Source of the DNA: a virus
Strand: one strand, 5' to 3'
IMG/VR virus record: IMGVR_UViG_3300032268_000973
Coordinates: 119,358-183,357 of that record
Length of the DNA: 64,000 nt
Position numbers and translations under genes: made by a program. The notes beneath the pieces were generated by a model. It did no database searches and was not told where the DNA came from. It was given only the letters and a program-made list of their open reading frames with translations. Shown piece after piece: positions 30,602 through 40,859 of the stretch (its first letter is position 1; each line of letters starts with the position of its first letter).

Positions 30602-31534
30602 ATGAAAGATTACTATAAAATATTGGAAGTTGAAGAGAAAGCTTCTGCGGATGAAATAAAAAAGTCTTACAGACGGCTTGCGGCACAATACCATCCTGAT
30701 AAAAATCCACAAGGAGAAGAAAAGTTTAAGGAAATTGCTGAAGCCTATGAAACCTTGAGTAATCCCGAAAAGAAAGAAAAATACGACAATAGAGGTAGTA
30801 ATCCTTTCCAAGGCACCGCTTATGAAGATATGTTCAATCAAATGTTCGGTTCAGGGAGAGCCCAGCCACAACAACAACAACGAAGAAAATCTGCGCCAGA
30901 TAAAGTAGTAAAGTTACAACTCTCACCTATAGAATCGTATAGAGGACAAGAAAAGGTTATTCAATATATTAGAGATCAACACTGTGGTGTGTGTAATGGT
31001 TCTGGCGGAGATCAACAAGTATGTGGAACTTGTAGTGGACAAGGGTTTACAATCAAAAATTTCGGAACAGGTTTCTTGACGCAACAGATGAGAACTGCAT
31101 GCCCAACTTGTGCTGGCCGCGGATATACTTTAGTTCACAAGTGTTTCAATTGTGACGGAAGGGGAACAAAATCATCAACCAATGAACTTACTATCATGAT
31201 TCCTAAAGGAGTTGATAGTGGACAGTATTTAAAAATCGAAAGATCTGGTGATTTCAAGAACGGTGAATATGGTGATCTAATTCTACAGGTTGAAGTAGTC
31301 CCTAAAGATGGGTATGAAAAAATGAATAATGATTTAATCTTTAATCTTTTTCTAAATTTAGAGGAGTTGAAACAAGAAAAATATTTGATTTCTCATCCTG
31401 ATGGAGATATTAGAATTGACTCTCCAAAAATTTTCGATACCTCGAAACCGTTAAGAATTAGAGGTAAGGGGTATGCTAGTGGAGATATGTATATAAAATT
31501 GAATGTTAGATTCGAAAAAGAATCAGTAAAATAA
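30602..31534 (+). CDS. dnaJ: DnaJ chaperone
   Basis: J-domain with HPD; four CxxCxGxG repeats; C-terminal DnaJ domain. Confidence 0.93.
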   Translation: MKDYYKILEVEEKASADEIKKSYRRLAAQYHPDKNPQGEEKFKEIAEAYETLSNPEKKEKYDNRGSNPFQGTAYEDMFNQMFGSGRAQPQQQQRRKSAPDKVVKLQLSPIESYRGQEKVIQYIRDQHCGVCNGSGGDQQVCGTCSGQGFTIKNFGTGFLTQQMRTACPTCAGRGYTLVHKCFNCDGRGTKSSTNELTIMIPKGVDSGQYLKIERSGDFKNGEYGDLILQVEVVPKDGYEKMNNDLIFNLFLNLEELKQEKYLISHPDGDIRIDSPKIFDTSKPLRIRGKGYASGDMYIKLNVRFEKESVK

Positions 31535-31663
31535 CGAAACCAACATTTCAAATAATTTATAGGTTCCATATATGGATGTTCCTAAGATATATGTGCCACC
31601 TACCAATGAAATATATTGAATATTACTGGTTGGTTTTTCATTACATTTTTTACATTCCGACAT
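31523..31663 (-). CDS. Small CxxC membrane peptide (46 aa; not in track)
   Basis: Own translation MSECKKCNEKPTSNIQYISLVGGTYILGTSIYGTYKLFEMLVSLFY. Confidence 0.5.
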   Translation of the reverse strand: MSECKKCNEKPTSNIQYISLVGGTYILGTSIYGTYKLFEMLVSLFY

Positions 31664-31673
31664 AATTATAAGT

Positions 31674-31847
31674 ATGTTAAGTGAACAAATTAGAAGAATT
31701 CTTTATATGTACCTTGATGAGAAGGAACAAGGGAAATATAAAAAACCTCGTAAGTATAGTAAATCTTATTGTAATTCTACTCCGTGTGACGAAATGGGGT
31801 TCACTCAAAAAGCATCTTGTCGTCCATACAAAAATTGTTATAAGTAA
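31674..31847 (+). CDS. Small Cys/Lys-rich protein (57 aa; replaces the track ORF 31681..31905)
   Basis: Own translation MLSEQIRRILYMYLDEKEQGKYKKPRKYSKSYCNSTPCDEMGFTQKASCRPYKNCYK; ATG start; LSEQIRRIL leader like other ORFs here. Confidence 0.65.
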   Translation: MLSEQIRRILYMYLDEKEQGKYKKPRKYSKSYCNSTPCDEMGFTQKASCRPYKNCYK

Positions 31848-31882
31848 TTGCCTTTCTCCATTTTTTTTATTACCTTTGGTCT

Positions 31883-32722
31883 ATGATTTCATATATAGGA
31901 GGTAAGTCGAAAATAGGTAAGTGGATTGTTCCATTTTATCCAACAGACATCGAGACATACGTAGAACCATTTTCAGGTATGTTCTGGTGTTTTTTTAATA
32001 TGGATTTGAGTAGATACCCAAATCTCAAGAAAGTCGTTTACAATGACTTTAATCCACTTAATTTTAACCTGTTTCAATGTGTTCAGAACCCATCTGAACT
32101 TCAAAGACACATGGATCAAATTCCCGTTCAACAAGTTGGTGTTAGTAATACTCCTGATGAGTTTAGAAATATGTTTATTGAATTTCAGAAGGAATTGTTC
32201 GGTGATATTTTTTTGTTAGGGGAACCTGATTATGAGTCCGCAGCTAAATACGTTTATGTCCTTTCTCAAGTTTTTAGTGGAAGTAAACCTGAGACATCGA
32301 ACTTCATCGATTTGAAGGGTAAATATAGATCCAAGTATTTGGCATTCCGTGACAAATTGAGTAAACCTAAATGGGTAGAACATTTCTTGAAAATTACTAA
32401 TGTTGAGAATCTTGATTTCCAACAAGTGATTGAGAAGTATGATTCTCCTTCAACATACATTTATCTTGATCCACCTTATTGGAAAACTGAAAACTATTAT
32501 AATAATCATGATTTTGATCGAGAAGATCACGAAAGATTATCAGAAGTTTTAAATGAAGTCAAAGGTAAATTTTCACTGTCATATTATGATTTTGAATTAT
32601 TGAAAAATTGGTATCCAACCGATAAGTTTCGGTGGGAGAAAAAAGAATTTGCAAAAGCTGCAGCGGCAAAAAAAGGGGTAAAACAGAATATGGCGCAGGA
32701 GCTTCTGATTTTGAATTACTAA
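31883..32722 (+). CDS. Dam-like (D12 class) DNA adenine methyltransferase
   Basis: YIGGKS, YVEPFSG, VYNDFN and YLDPPY. Confidence 0.9.
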   Translation: MISYIGGKSKIGKWIVPFYPTDIETYVEPFSGMFWCFFNMDLSRYPNLKKVVYNDFNPLNFNLFQCVQNPSELQRHMDQIPVQQVGVSNTPDEFRNMFIEFQKELFGDIFLLGEPDYESAAKYVYVLSQVFSGSKPETSNFIDLKGKYRSKYLAFRDKLSKPKWVEHFLKITNVENLDFQQVIEKYDSPSTYIYLDPPYWKTENYYNNHDFDREDHERLSEVLNEVKGKFSLSYYDFELLKNWYPTDKFRWEKKEFAKAAAAKKGVKQNMAQELLILNY

Positions 32723-32767
32723 TTATTTTACAAAGATCCATATATTTATTATTAAAATATAAAATAG

Positions 32768-34084
32768 ATGAAATTCACATCGTTATTGAAGTCGTTAATT
32801 ATTGAACAGTCAAGGTTCGAAGTATTGTTGAATACCCTTACAAAGGCTGGTGAGGATAAGGAAGGTAATAAAACTAAACCTAAACTTACTAAAAAAGAAT
32901 TTTTTGAGTTAGTCAAAGCGGATCCAACAACGAGATTGAATGACGTTAATTTGGAGACTGCTAAACCAGATGAGTTAGCAAAAGTTAAGGCGGGAAGTTA
33001 TGTCGCTTGGTTGATCAAGAATTATTTGAATCCAACCACAGAAACCGCTCCTGGTGATTACAATTATGAGAGAGAAGCTGTTGAGATGAAGAGAAGATTT
33101 ATCGAAGACCTTTATTATGTCACAGAGGATCTTAAGAAGTTTGAAAAACATAAAGGTAAGCTTCCTGTAGAAAAAAGGGATATCAATAAGTTAAACAAGG
33201 AGCAACTTTACGATGCGGTTAAGGACTTCGATATTACTGTTTCGGATTTGAAAGATGTAAGAAGATCAATTCCAATTCACCCTGGAGCAAAACTTGCATT
33301 TGAGGGACCAACTTGGAGAGTTATTGAAATTGATGACAAGGGGTCTCAAGGTAAAACCGCGGCATGTTTCTACGGTGGTCACGGAACAGAAACCACATGG
33401 TGTACTTCGAGAAAAGATCAATATCATTTTGATAGTTATATAAAACAAGGTCCTTTGTATGTTATATATAAACCTTCCGATGAAAACGTAGCTCCTGAGA
33501 CAGGATTACCAGTAGAAAGATATCAAATCCACTTCCCATCGAACCAATTCACAAACAAACAAAACCAACAACAAGATCTAATCAAATACTTGACTGGTCC
33601 TATGGCTGAATTGAAAGACTTTTTCAAGCCTGAATTTGCTAAAGGATTGACTATTGGTAATGGTGAGAAATTGGTCATTGATGATTTTCAAAGAGGTGCA
33701 ACGGGTAAATTTATCGCCTTATACGGGTTGGATGAACTAATTGATAGTTTACCATCCACCCTCAAAGAATTCCAAATTCAAAATAGAGATCAAAGAGATG
33801 GTTTTATAATTGCAATACCACCATCTATTTCTAGATTCAAAAATTTGGAGGCGATTATGTTAGAAAATTGTATCGACAGTATTCCTGATACAATTTGTCA
33901 GTTGAAAGAGTTACAGTTTATATCATTGGTCAAAAATCCTAAGTTGACTTCAATTCCCGAATGTATTGCGAACATGCAATCACTTTTATTCCTCAATCTT
34001 AAAGATAGTAAGAATGTTCAAGTCCCTGAAGCTATCAAAGAAAAAGGTAAGGAGTGGGAAGATGGAATGTGGGATCTTTCTTAA
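32768..34084 (+). CDS. YG..T.WCT-family protein with C-terminal leucine-rich repeats
   Basis: AACFYGG...TTWCTS; C-terminal IPPSISRFKNLEAIML / IPDTICQLKELQFISL / IPECIANMQSLLFLNL LRRs. Confidence 0.7.
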   Translation: MKFTSLLKSLIIEQSRFEVLLNTLTKAGEDKEGNKTKPKLTKKEFFELVKADPTTRLNDVNLETAKPDELAKVKAGSYVAWLIKNYLNPTTETAPGDYNYEREAVEMKRRFIEDLYYVTEDLKKFEKHKGKLPVEKRDINKLNKEQLYDAVKDFDITVSDLKDVRRSIPIHPGAKLAFEGPTWRVIEIDDKGSQGKTAACFYGGHGTETTWCTSRKDQYHFDSYIKQGPLYVIYKPSDENVAPETGLPVERYQIHFPSNQFTNKQNQQQDLIKYLTGPMAELKDFFKPEFAKGLTIGNGEKLVIDDFQRGATGKFIALYGLDELIDSLPSTLKEFQIQNRDQRDGFIIAIPPSISRFKNLEAIMLENCIDSIPDTICQLKELQFISLVKNPKLTSIPECIANMQSLLFLNLKDSKNVQVPEAIKEKGKEWEDGMWDLS

Positions 34085-34106
34085 TTTCAATTAAAAAACG
34101 TTTATT

Positions 34107-34391
34107 ATGAGTGTTGATGTTGAAATATACATGAATAACGTAATTAAATTCTTTAGGGATAATCCTAACGATCTTTTGAACCTTGTTCCTAAAAATAAGG
34201 AAGAAGAATTTTACCACAAAGTTCGTGAAGTTGCAATGAAGAATTTGGAAAACGGTGATGAGGTTGGGTTGACCCAAGTTCAGATAATTGATATTTGTGT
34301 TGAAATAAATAATCCTTCGATCAAAAAATTTGATATTGATCATGCTCATCTTTTTATGAGAACAAAAATTGGATTATTCTGTTTGAATTGA
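34107..34391 (+). CDS. Hypothetical protein
   Basis: 94 aa. Confidence 0.6.
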   Translation: MSVDVEIYMNNVIKFFRDNPNDLLNLVPKNKEEEFYHKVREVAMKNLENGDEVGLTQVQIIDICVEINNPSIKKFDIDHAHLFMRTKIGLFCLN

Positions 34392-34400
34392 TTTGAAATT

Positions 34401-34425
34401 GGGGATTTATAATCCCCTTTTTTTT
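34401..34425 (+). terminator. Intrinsic terminator
   Basis: ggggatt-tat-aatcccc followed by a T-run. Confidence 0.65.
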
Positions 34426-34440
34426 TATTATTTTTTATCT

Positions 34441-36153
34441 ATGAAAAAAGAAATTTTCAAATTGAATTACGAGTTATATAATGTCGTTGTGCATCACGAC
34501 CATAATCCGATCTCTTCGTCGCCTTTAAAGATAACAAAGATGACAGATAATGATCATGAAGTGGGCGATCTTGAGGAGTTTCTTTTTTTATATAATGAAG
34601 TTTCTGTTTCTCAGAAAAAAAAATCGAGATATGTAGACTCTCATATTTTTATAGAAAAATTTTCTTCGGAGTTACAACAAGAGTATATTGAACATTATGG
34701 AAATCCATTAGCTAAAGTCAGTAAAAAATATTCGATGATTTTGGTGGAAAAAAATTTAGATAAAGTATCTATCAAATTATTTTATGGTCTTAGAAGTAGG
34801 AGAGTTGGTAAACATTGGTTTAAGACCTCAAAAAACATGGAGTTTATAACCGTGAATACTAAAACTGGAGATTTTTATAGAGGATCTTTGTTAAATTATC
34901 AAAGTAAAAAAAATTGTAAAAAGAAAATATGTAAAAACTTTTTTGTTGATGAACCAATCAACAGTTTCATGATTACAATTCGAAATTGTGTATGGTCTTA
35001 TGTTTTAGATCACTCCTCAATTACTAGAGAAGCTATGTCTAAGTTTTTACAAGAAATAGACGGTAGAGGTGATTTCGATGAGCTGAGTTTTGAACAAAGA
35101 ATGTTCAAATTTTATTTAGATAAAAAAGGTGTAAAATATCCGAACAACTTTTACATATATTCAAAAAAATTTTTTGGACCACAATTCAGAAAAGAACTCA
35201 AAAAAAATGACAATAGATTAGTCGATACAATAATGAGCTTGAATAATTTATCTGGTAAAACAATCAAGAAAGCCTTACATACATGTAATAATTTGAACAT
35301 TGATTTATATTATAAGACAAAAAAATTATTTGGAGAGGATTGGATAAATCAAGATGAAAATTTTGTTTTGAAAACATTAAATTCAGAGATAGTGATAGGT
35401 AGTAGAGCAATTCCTGCGGAGTTCTTAGATCTAATATCCAAAGAGGAACTCAGGAGGGTTTTTAAAGTTTTCAAAAAAGTTTTTTTCGAAAACCGAATGA
35501 ATTCTTATACATTTTTGGACCATATAACATTTTATACAGAACTGAAAATGTATGGGGAGAACGAAGTCAAATGGATGTCGGATGACTCGGAATCTATGAA
35601 TTTTATGAATGAGCATCGAGATTGGTCAGATAAAATTTCATACTACAAAAATGGATTTTATAATAGAATATACCCAGAATATACCTATGAGGAATTGGAA
35701 AAACCTATTGGAGATTACTATCCTGTAGTTCTCAATAATTCTTCGAACTATAACAATGAAAGTTCGACTCAGTCTAATTGTGTGAAAACATACATTGGTA
35801 AAGCTCCGAGTATGATTATTTCATTACGGAAAGGTTCACAATTTTCTGATGAGAGAGCAACTATAGAATATATTATATTTGAAAAAGAGGATAAGAGACA
35901 AGTTCAACGAGTTCAAAGTTTAGGTAGATTCAATAGTAAATTATCTGATGATTGGATTTCTAAGCTATTGAAATTAGATCTCAGGATGTTATATTATGTG
36001 AACGACAAACGTTTCGAAAGTGTTAAGATAACCAAGGACTGTCCTAATGGAACAATACTTGAATCCGATTCCTATTTCAACGAAGAGGGAACTTTAAAAT
36101 GGACATACAAGTCTATTGAAGGAGTTCCAAGTGCAATATTTCAATGGATATGA
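34441..36153 (+). CDS. PcfJ-like domain protein
   Basis: C-terminal VVLNNSSNYNNESSTQSNCVKTY...IISLR...RATIEY...VQSLGRFN resembles PcfJ-like domains. Confidence 0.55.
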   Translation: MKKEIFKLNYELYNVVVHHDHNPISSSPLKITKMTDNDHEVGDLEEFLFLYNEVSVSQKKKSRYVDSHIFIEKFSSELQQEYIEHYGNPLAKVSKKYSMILVEKNLDKVSIKLFYGLRSRRVGKHWFKTSKNMEFITVNTKTGDFYRGSLLNYQSKKNCKKKICKNFFVDEPINSFMITIRNCVWSYVLDHSSITREAMSKFLQEIDGRGDFDELSFEQRMFKFYLDKKGVKYPNNFYIYSKKFFGPQFRKELKKNDNRLVDTIMSLNNLSGKTIKKALHTCNNLNIDLYYKTKKLFGEDWINQDENFVLKTLNSEIVIGSRAIPAEFLDLISKEELRRVFKVFKKVFFENRMNSYTFLDHITFYTELKMYGENEVKWMSDDSESMNFMNEHRDWSDKISYYKNGFYNRIYPEYTYEELEKPIGDYYPVVLNNSSNYNNESSTQSNCVKTYIGKAPSMIISLRKGSQFSDERATIEYIIFEKEDKRQVQRVQSLGRFNSKLSDDWISKLLKLDLRMLYYVNDKRFESVKITKDCPNGTILESDSYFNEEGTLKWTYKSIEGVPSAIFQWI

Positions 36154-36488
36154 TTAACAAACCAAAAATTATAAAAAATAACGAAAAATCTTTAGGGACT
36201 TTATCAAGTGTTCAATTAGATTTCCCTGATGATTCTATTTATAAATTCATCGATAATAGAAAATTCGAGGTTGTATGGAGTAAGGGATTTGCAACCATTT
36301 CGAACGGAAAAATTACCTTCAGTAAAAAAATTTATAAATCAAAACAAGGGTTTTATTTATATTTATTGATGAACAATTCTGAAACAAATTTTGTAATATA
36401 CTACAAGCAAGATCAACACAGTGAACTAACAATATTTTTGCAACAATTATTAAAACAATATAACAATGACAAAGCAACTAACAAGTGA
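36144..36488 (+). CDS. Hypothetical protein
   Basis: 114 aa. Confidence 0.55.
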   Translation: MDMINKPKIIKNNEKSLGTLSSVQLDFPDDSIYKFIDNRKFEVVWSKGFATISNGKITFSKKIYKSKQGFYLYLLMNNSETNFVIYYKQDQHSELTIFLQQLLKQYNNDKATNK

Positions 36489-36789
36489 AGAATTAAAACA
36501 GAAAATTCAAGATAAGGAAAATTTTGTATTGGACTTATTTGCAACCTGGTGTGGACCGTGTAAGATAATGCTCGGGAATCTTGAAAAGGTTAATGACTCT
36601 TTGATGAAAGATTCTAATGGGTCTCCCAATTTTAAAGTCTATAAGTTTGATATTGAAGAAGATATGGACTTGATGAAAGAGTGGAATGTTAGAGGTGTCC
36701 CAACCATAAAAATATTTAAGGGCGGAGAAGAAGTTTTCTCGAAACCTGGTGTCATGTCGCCAGATCAGGTCCTTAGGTTATTAAACTAA
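36466..36789 (+). CDS. trxA: Thioredoxin
   Basis: DLFATWCGPCK active site; VRGVPT cis-Pro loop. Confidence 0.93.
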   Translation: MTKQLTSEELKQKIQDKENFVLDLFATWCGPCKIMLGNLEKVNDSLMKDSNGSPNFKVYKFDIEEDMDLMKEWNVRGVPTIKIFKGGEEVFSKPGVMSPDQVLRLLN

Positions 36790-36792
36790 GTT

Positions 36793-37092
36793 ATGAAAGA
36801 TCTGAATGTAATTGTTTATACAATGAAGGGTTGTCCTTTCTGTGTTGACTTCAAAAAAATGTTGAAGAAGGAGGGGATTGAATTTTTCGACAGAGATATT
36901 GATGAGTATAAGGATGAATATGATCTATTCAGTAAAATTGCTGAAAATGATTTAATTCCCGCACTTTTGATTATTGAAGGAAATGAAGGGAATTATGAAT
37001 CATTTGTATACGCACCTGATAGAAATTACAATGAATTAACAGAAGCAGTGCAGATCATAAAAGAACACAGAAAAAATGTTGGGATACTTTAG
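36793..37092 (+). CDS. Glutaredoxin/NrdH-like redoxin
   Basis: VYTMKGCPFC; IPAL. Confidence 0.8.
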   Translation: MKDLNVIVYTMKGCPFCVDFKKMLKKEGIEFFDRDIDEYKDEYDLFSKIAENDLIPALLIIEGNEGNYESFVYAPDRNYNELTEAVQIIKEHRKNVGIL

Positions 37093-37832
37093 AATATAAT
37101 CAATTCTTTATTTCTTTCTTTAATAAAAGAATATTCTTCAAGTGGATTTGTGAGTTCAATACTCCAATCCACTTTTTTCATTTCTGATGTAATCCAAGAA
37201 AGATCAAAATCAAACACATCCAATATAGCTGACTCTAAAACTTTATCGTTTTCTAATGTATCTACATTGAATACACATATATTAAAATCATCATCCTCGT
37301 TCTTTTCCAAAGATAGTTCGAAGAATAGAGTTGTTTGTCGTATCGATGGTATACTGTAAAATATATGTTTTCCGTATAGATAAAGAGATCTACCTTGATT
37401 CAAAGAGTAACCATGTGGGAATTCGGAAGTTATAATCATTTCATCATCGGAAAACTCGATGGGTTGTCCGTTGAAACTGAATGAAGTATTTTCTGAAATA
37501 TATTTTTTGATTTGGTCCTTATGATAAGAACAGTTTTGTGATTTGTGTAAAAGAAAACTGATATTCTTTACTTTAGGAAGTTTGCTATCATATTCAATCA
37601 AATCAATTGTGTGTGAGATTGGAGTATCTGGATTGTATTTTTCATTAAATTCTTTAACGACAGAACTCATATCCAAAATTTCCTTGTGTGTGGTTTTTCC
37701 TTTAACTATAATAAAATTCTTACAATCAGCAATTTTGAATATAGACTCTTCCGTAAATGGAATTTTTTTGACCAAAAAGTCTGCAAATAAATTTATGGTA
37801 TAAATTCGGCTGTTGGTCTTTTTTAGTATCAT
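37089..37832 (-). CDS. Hypothetical protein, weak resemblance to a degenerate SAM-synthetase fold
   Basis: INLFADFLV..., IADCKNFIIVKGKTT and SEFPHGYS loosely echo MetK motifs; canonical catalytic motifs are absent. Confidence 0.45.
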   Translation of the reverse strand: MILKKTNSRIYTINLFADFLVKKIPFTEESIFKIADCKNFIIVKGKTTHKEILDMSSVVKEFNEKYNPDTPISHTIDLIEYDSKLPKVKNISFLLHKSQNCSYHKDQIKKYISENTSFSFNGQPIEFSDDEMIITSEFPHGYSLNQGRSLYLYGKHIFYSIPSIRQTTLFFELSLEKNEDDDFNICVFNVDTLENDKVLESAILDVFDFDLSWITSEMKKVDWSIELTNPLEEYSFIKERNKELIIF

Positions 37833-37888
37833 TACTATTTGGATTCATTGAATTATACGAAATCCAACAAACAAAAAAAATAGAGTTA

Positions 37889-38878
37889 TTAAATATAATC
37901 AGTAAAAAGTTCGTTCACCAACGTATCTACTTTGGAAGAATCGGGATAATCATCGGGATAAACGCTTAGACAATCCTGAGAATCTTGAACTAAAGAAATA
38001 TAAGAACCAAAATATTCTAATGAACCTCGACTCAAGCTATTTTTTCCTTGATCTAAATAATCCATAATGATATCATTAAAGTTGGATGCCACAGGGATTC
38101 GAAACCTTTCAGTCATAGTATTTTTTTTGAAAGAATGGGGCCTTGAATAAAACTCTCCATACCCATCAAAATATTCTTGCAACTCGTTCATCACCGCACT
38201 GTACATTTGATCCTCGTAGGCTGTTGTGTAAGCTTGTGAATGGAGAGAATTGAGATTTCCATTCAACTCATCCAAGTAATTTTCTAAGAGGTAATTTATA
38301 GTATCTTCATCATCTATGATATCACTAATTATGGAGGAATCAATTTTTACGAGATCTGCAGAACCTTGCTCTTTAGATAATTCTCTTAAAAGTTCGGTTT
38401 TTGGTTCCACCTCAACGTTCTTCAAAGAATCAACAATATGTTGTTCTAAAATTTTCATATTCTTTGGATTCAATTCAGATATGACATCTCTGTATATGTC
38501 GTTCGTCGAATAATCAAACCAATATTCCGAATCTCCTCTTAATAAATTCGCAACTTGTGCTATTGAAAGTGTATTTCTACCTCTAGTACAGAATAACTCG
38601 GATAATTCAGATCTATCGGAGATATCTAAATAAATTTTTCCGTCTTCGTCCATCACAAGATCTGAAAGTATGTCGACTACAAACTTATTGAATTGTTTGA
38701 AGTCTTCATCGTGTAACCACATTAAATAATGATTTTGATATTCGGGATTGTAGATATCAACTTTTGAGATAAGACCTCGTTTATTCAAAAAATTGAAAAA
38801 AGTTTTATAACCACCAAAATACGATGTTATGTCATATTCATTATTGTTGAAATTATCTATAATCTTTTCTAAATCCAT
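37889..38878 (-). CDS. Hypothetical acidic protein
   Basis: ORF in track; TATTTAT 4 nt upstream of the ATG at 38878. Confidence 0.65.
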   Translation of the reverse strand: MDLEKIIDNFNNNEYDITSYFGGYKTFFNFLNKRGLISKVDIYNPEYQNHYLMWLHDEDFKQFNKFVVDILSDLVMDEDGKIYLDISDRSELSELFCTRGRNTLSIAQVANLLRGDSEYWFDYSTNDIYRDVISELNPKNMKILEQHIVDSLKNVEVEPKTELLRELSKEQGSADLVKIDSSIISDIIDDEDTINYLLENYLDELNGNLNSLHSQAYTTAYEDQMYSAVMNELQEYFDGYGEFYSRPHSFKKNTMTERFRIPVASNFNDIIMDYLDQGKNSLSRGSLEYFGSYISLVQDSQDCLSVYPDDYPDSSKVDTLVNELFTDYI

Positions 38879-38942
38879 AATCATAAATACAAAAAGGGGA
38901 CAAAAAAATTGCCCCCTTTCATATATCCCATTCCTAAAGTTT

Positions 38943-39104
38943 TTACCTTGAAGTTTTATTTACATTATAATACTTCTCAACGGTTTTTTTAATCGCCGCT
39001 TTAATGCTTTCGCTTTGTGACTCCTTTACAACTTGAGCGGGTTGTTGTTGCTGTTGTTGAGGTTGAGGCTGAGATTGAGGTTTGTTTTTACATCCACAAG
39101 ACAT
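38943..39104 (-). CDS. Small Gln-rich protein with N-terminal CxC (53 aa; not in track)
   Basis: Own translation MSCGCKNKPQSQPQPQQQQQQPAQVVKESQSESIKAAIKKTVEKYYNVNKTSR. Confidence 0.65.
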   Translation of the reverse strand: MSCGCKNKPQSQPQPQQQQQQPAQVVKESQSESIKAAIKKTVEKYYNVNKTSR

Positions 39105-39193
39105 ATTGAAATAATTTTGGTATGTTTATAATCATAAATACTTGATGATAATCAATTATAATCGATGAAAGATATTTATTAAATAAAATACAG

Positions 39194-40816
39194 ATGAATT
39201 TTTTAGATTTAATTAAAGAAGGAAGGGTTGAAGATTTCAAATCCAAATATGGAAACAAGTTTTCCGACAACCAAATCAATAAGATTATTAAATCTATTCT
39301 TCCCAAATACCTTATGTGGGTTGGAAAAACCATCGATCCAATAGACTTTGAGAGAAGATTTCAATCTTTGTTTTCAACATTGTTGAAGTTCGAAAAAATA
39401 GGATCAAATTTGCCAAAGACTGATATCAACGCATACAAAAGTTTTGATGAATTACTTTCGGCTATTGAAACCTTTCAAAATAGAGAAAAAAGAGATTTTA
39501 AACAAGTTCAAGGGGGTAATTTGGTTTATGATGATGGAAAAATATTCGTTGTAAATCCATTGGATCACACATCTTCTTGTTATTATGGGAGGGGGACCAA
39601 GTGGTGTACTGCAAGTTCCACTGATACTGCATTCAGGAATTATAATAATGAGGGAAAACTTTTTTATATTATTGATAGAACTAAACCAACAGACGATCCA
39701 CTTTATAAAGTTGCCTACTTGAGAAAATTTGATGGAAACAAAATATTTTATAATGCTGTTGACGACCGTATTGATGACGGGTGGATTTTCGGAACCAATC
39801 AATTCAAATCATTGTCTGAAAAAGTTGAACAATACTTGGAAAATCAGTTTGGAGAACAACTCGAAATATGGAAAAGCTTCGAATTAGCTGAAAAGGAAAG
39901 ACAGAGACAAAACAGGATGGAGAGAGAACGAATATTGTTACAAAAACGTAACGCAGCTGAAGAAAGACGTTTAAATGGAGAATGGGATTTGTCTAATCCA
40001 AATATAGATGAAGAGGGATTGAAAGCAAACGCCCTTTTGAATTTTCTTATCGAGGTTGGAGAGGCGCAAGATGATGATCCTGATGCTGGTGACTACATGG
40101 ATGTCTATAATATTATTCCTGCTGGAGTTTATTATGATACTTCTGAATTTGAAATAATTGACAATGATTTGGAGTCCAATAGATATGCTGTTGGGACGGA
40201 TGATGAGATGGACTCGAGTTCTGTATCATATTTGGAAGATATTATTAATGACGAAGGAGTTGGTGCATATAACAGAAATTTTTTGTATGATTTTATTGAT
40301 AAGGAAGCGGTTATAGAGTATGCTCTTGAATACTATCAAAACGATATAAGAGATAATGCTGAGGATTATTTTGATGAGTCATTGAGAATGTTGTCTTCGA
40401 GACAACAAGAACGAGTTGATTTATTTCGTAATAAAATAGAACAGAATGAAAAACTAATCAACTTGTTCAAGGAGAAGGGTAATACCGAATGGTTTTCTAA
40501 GAAAATAACTGAATTAGAAGAGATAAATGAAGAATATCTCGAAGAAATAGGATACATTGAAAGTGATCCCGATGGAGACTTCCCTGAGGAAATTATAAAT
40601 GAAAAAATTGAGGATAATGTAAATTGGGTCAAACAAAATATAACAGGATTTTTGGATGATTTTGGATTGAATTATGACGACTTCATCAATGAAAAAGAAT
40701 TGATCAGAGGAATTATAAATCATGATGGATATGGACAGATATTAAATCATTATGATGGGGGAGCGTGGGATATATCTGTCAAGGGAAAGTTATTTTATGT
40801 TATGAGAATTGATTAA
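39194..40816 (+). CDS. YG..T.WCT-family protein with acidic C-terminal region
   Basis: SSCYYGRGTKWCTA; leader LDLIKEG; TATTTAT at 39173. Confidence 0.7.
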   Translation: MNFLDLIKEGRVEDFKSKYGNKFSDNQINKIIKSILPKYLMWVGKTIDPIDFERRFQSLFSTLLKFEKIGSNLPKTDINAYKSFDELLSAIETFQNREKRDFKQVQGGNLVYDDGKIFVVNPLDHTSSCYYGRGTKWCTASSTDTAFRNYNNEGKLFYIIDRTKPTDDPLYKVAYLRKFDGNKIFYNAVDDRIDDGWIFGTNQFKSLSEKVEQYLENQFGEQLEIWKSFELAEKERQRQNRMERERILLQKRNAAEERRLNGEWDLSNPNIDEEGLKANALLNFLIEVGEAQDDDPDAGDYMDVYNIIPAGVYYDTSEFEIIDNDLESNRYAVGTDDEMDSSSVSYLEDIINDEGVGAYNRNFLYDFIDKEAVIEYALEYYQNDIRDNAEDYFDESLRMLSSRQQERVDLFRNKIEQNEKLINLFKEKGNTEWFSKKITELEEINEEYLEEIGYIESDPDGDFPEEIINEKIEDNVNWVKQNITGFLDDFGLNYDDFINEKELIRGIINHDGYGQILNHYDGGAWDISVKGKLFYVMRID

Positions 40817-40859
40817 AATATCATAACAGTTATATTTCATTCAACCGTAATATTATATA

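Noticed and set aside
31681-31905. Track ORF MNKLEEFF...
   Set aside because: It has a GTG start and overlaps the MTase. The alternative frame 31674..31847 has an ATG, the shared leader and a coherent Cys motif.
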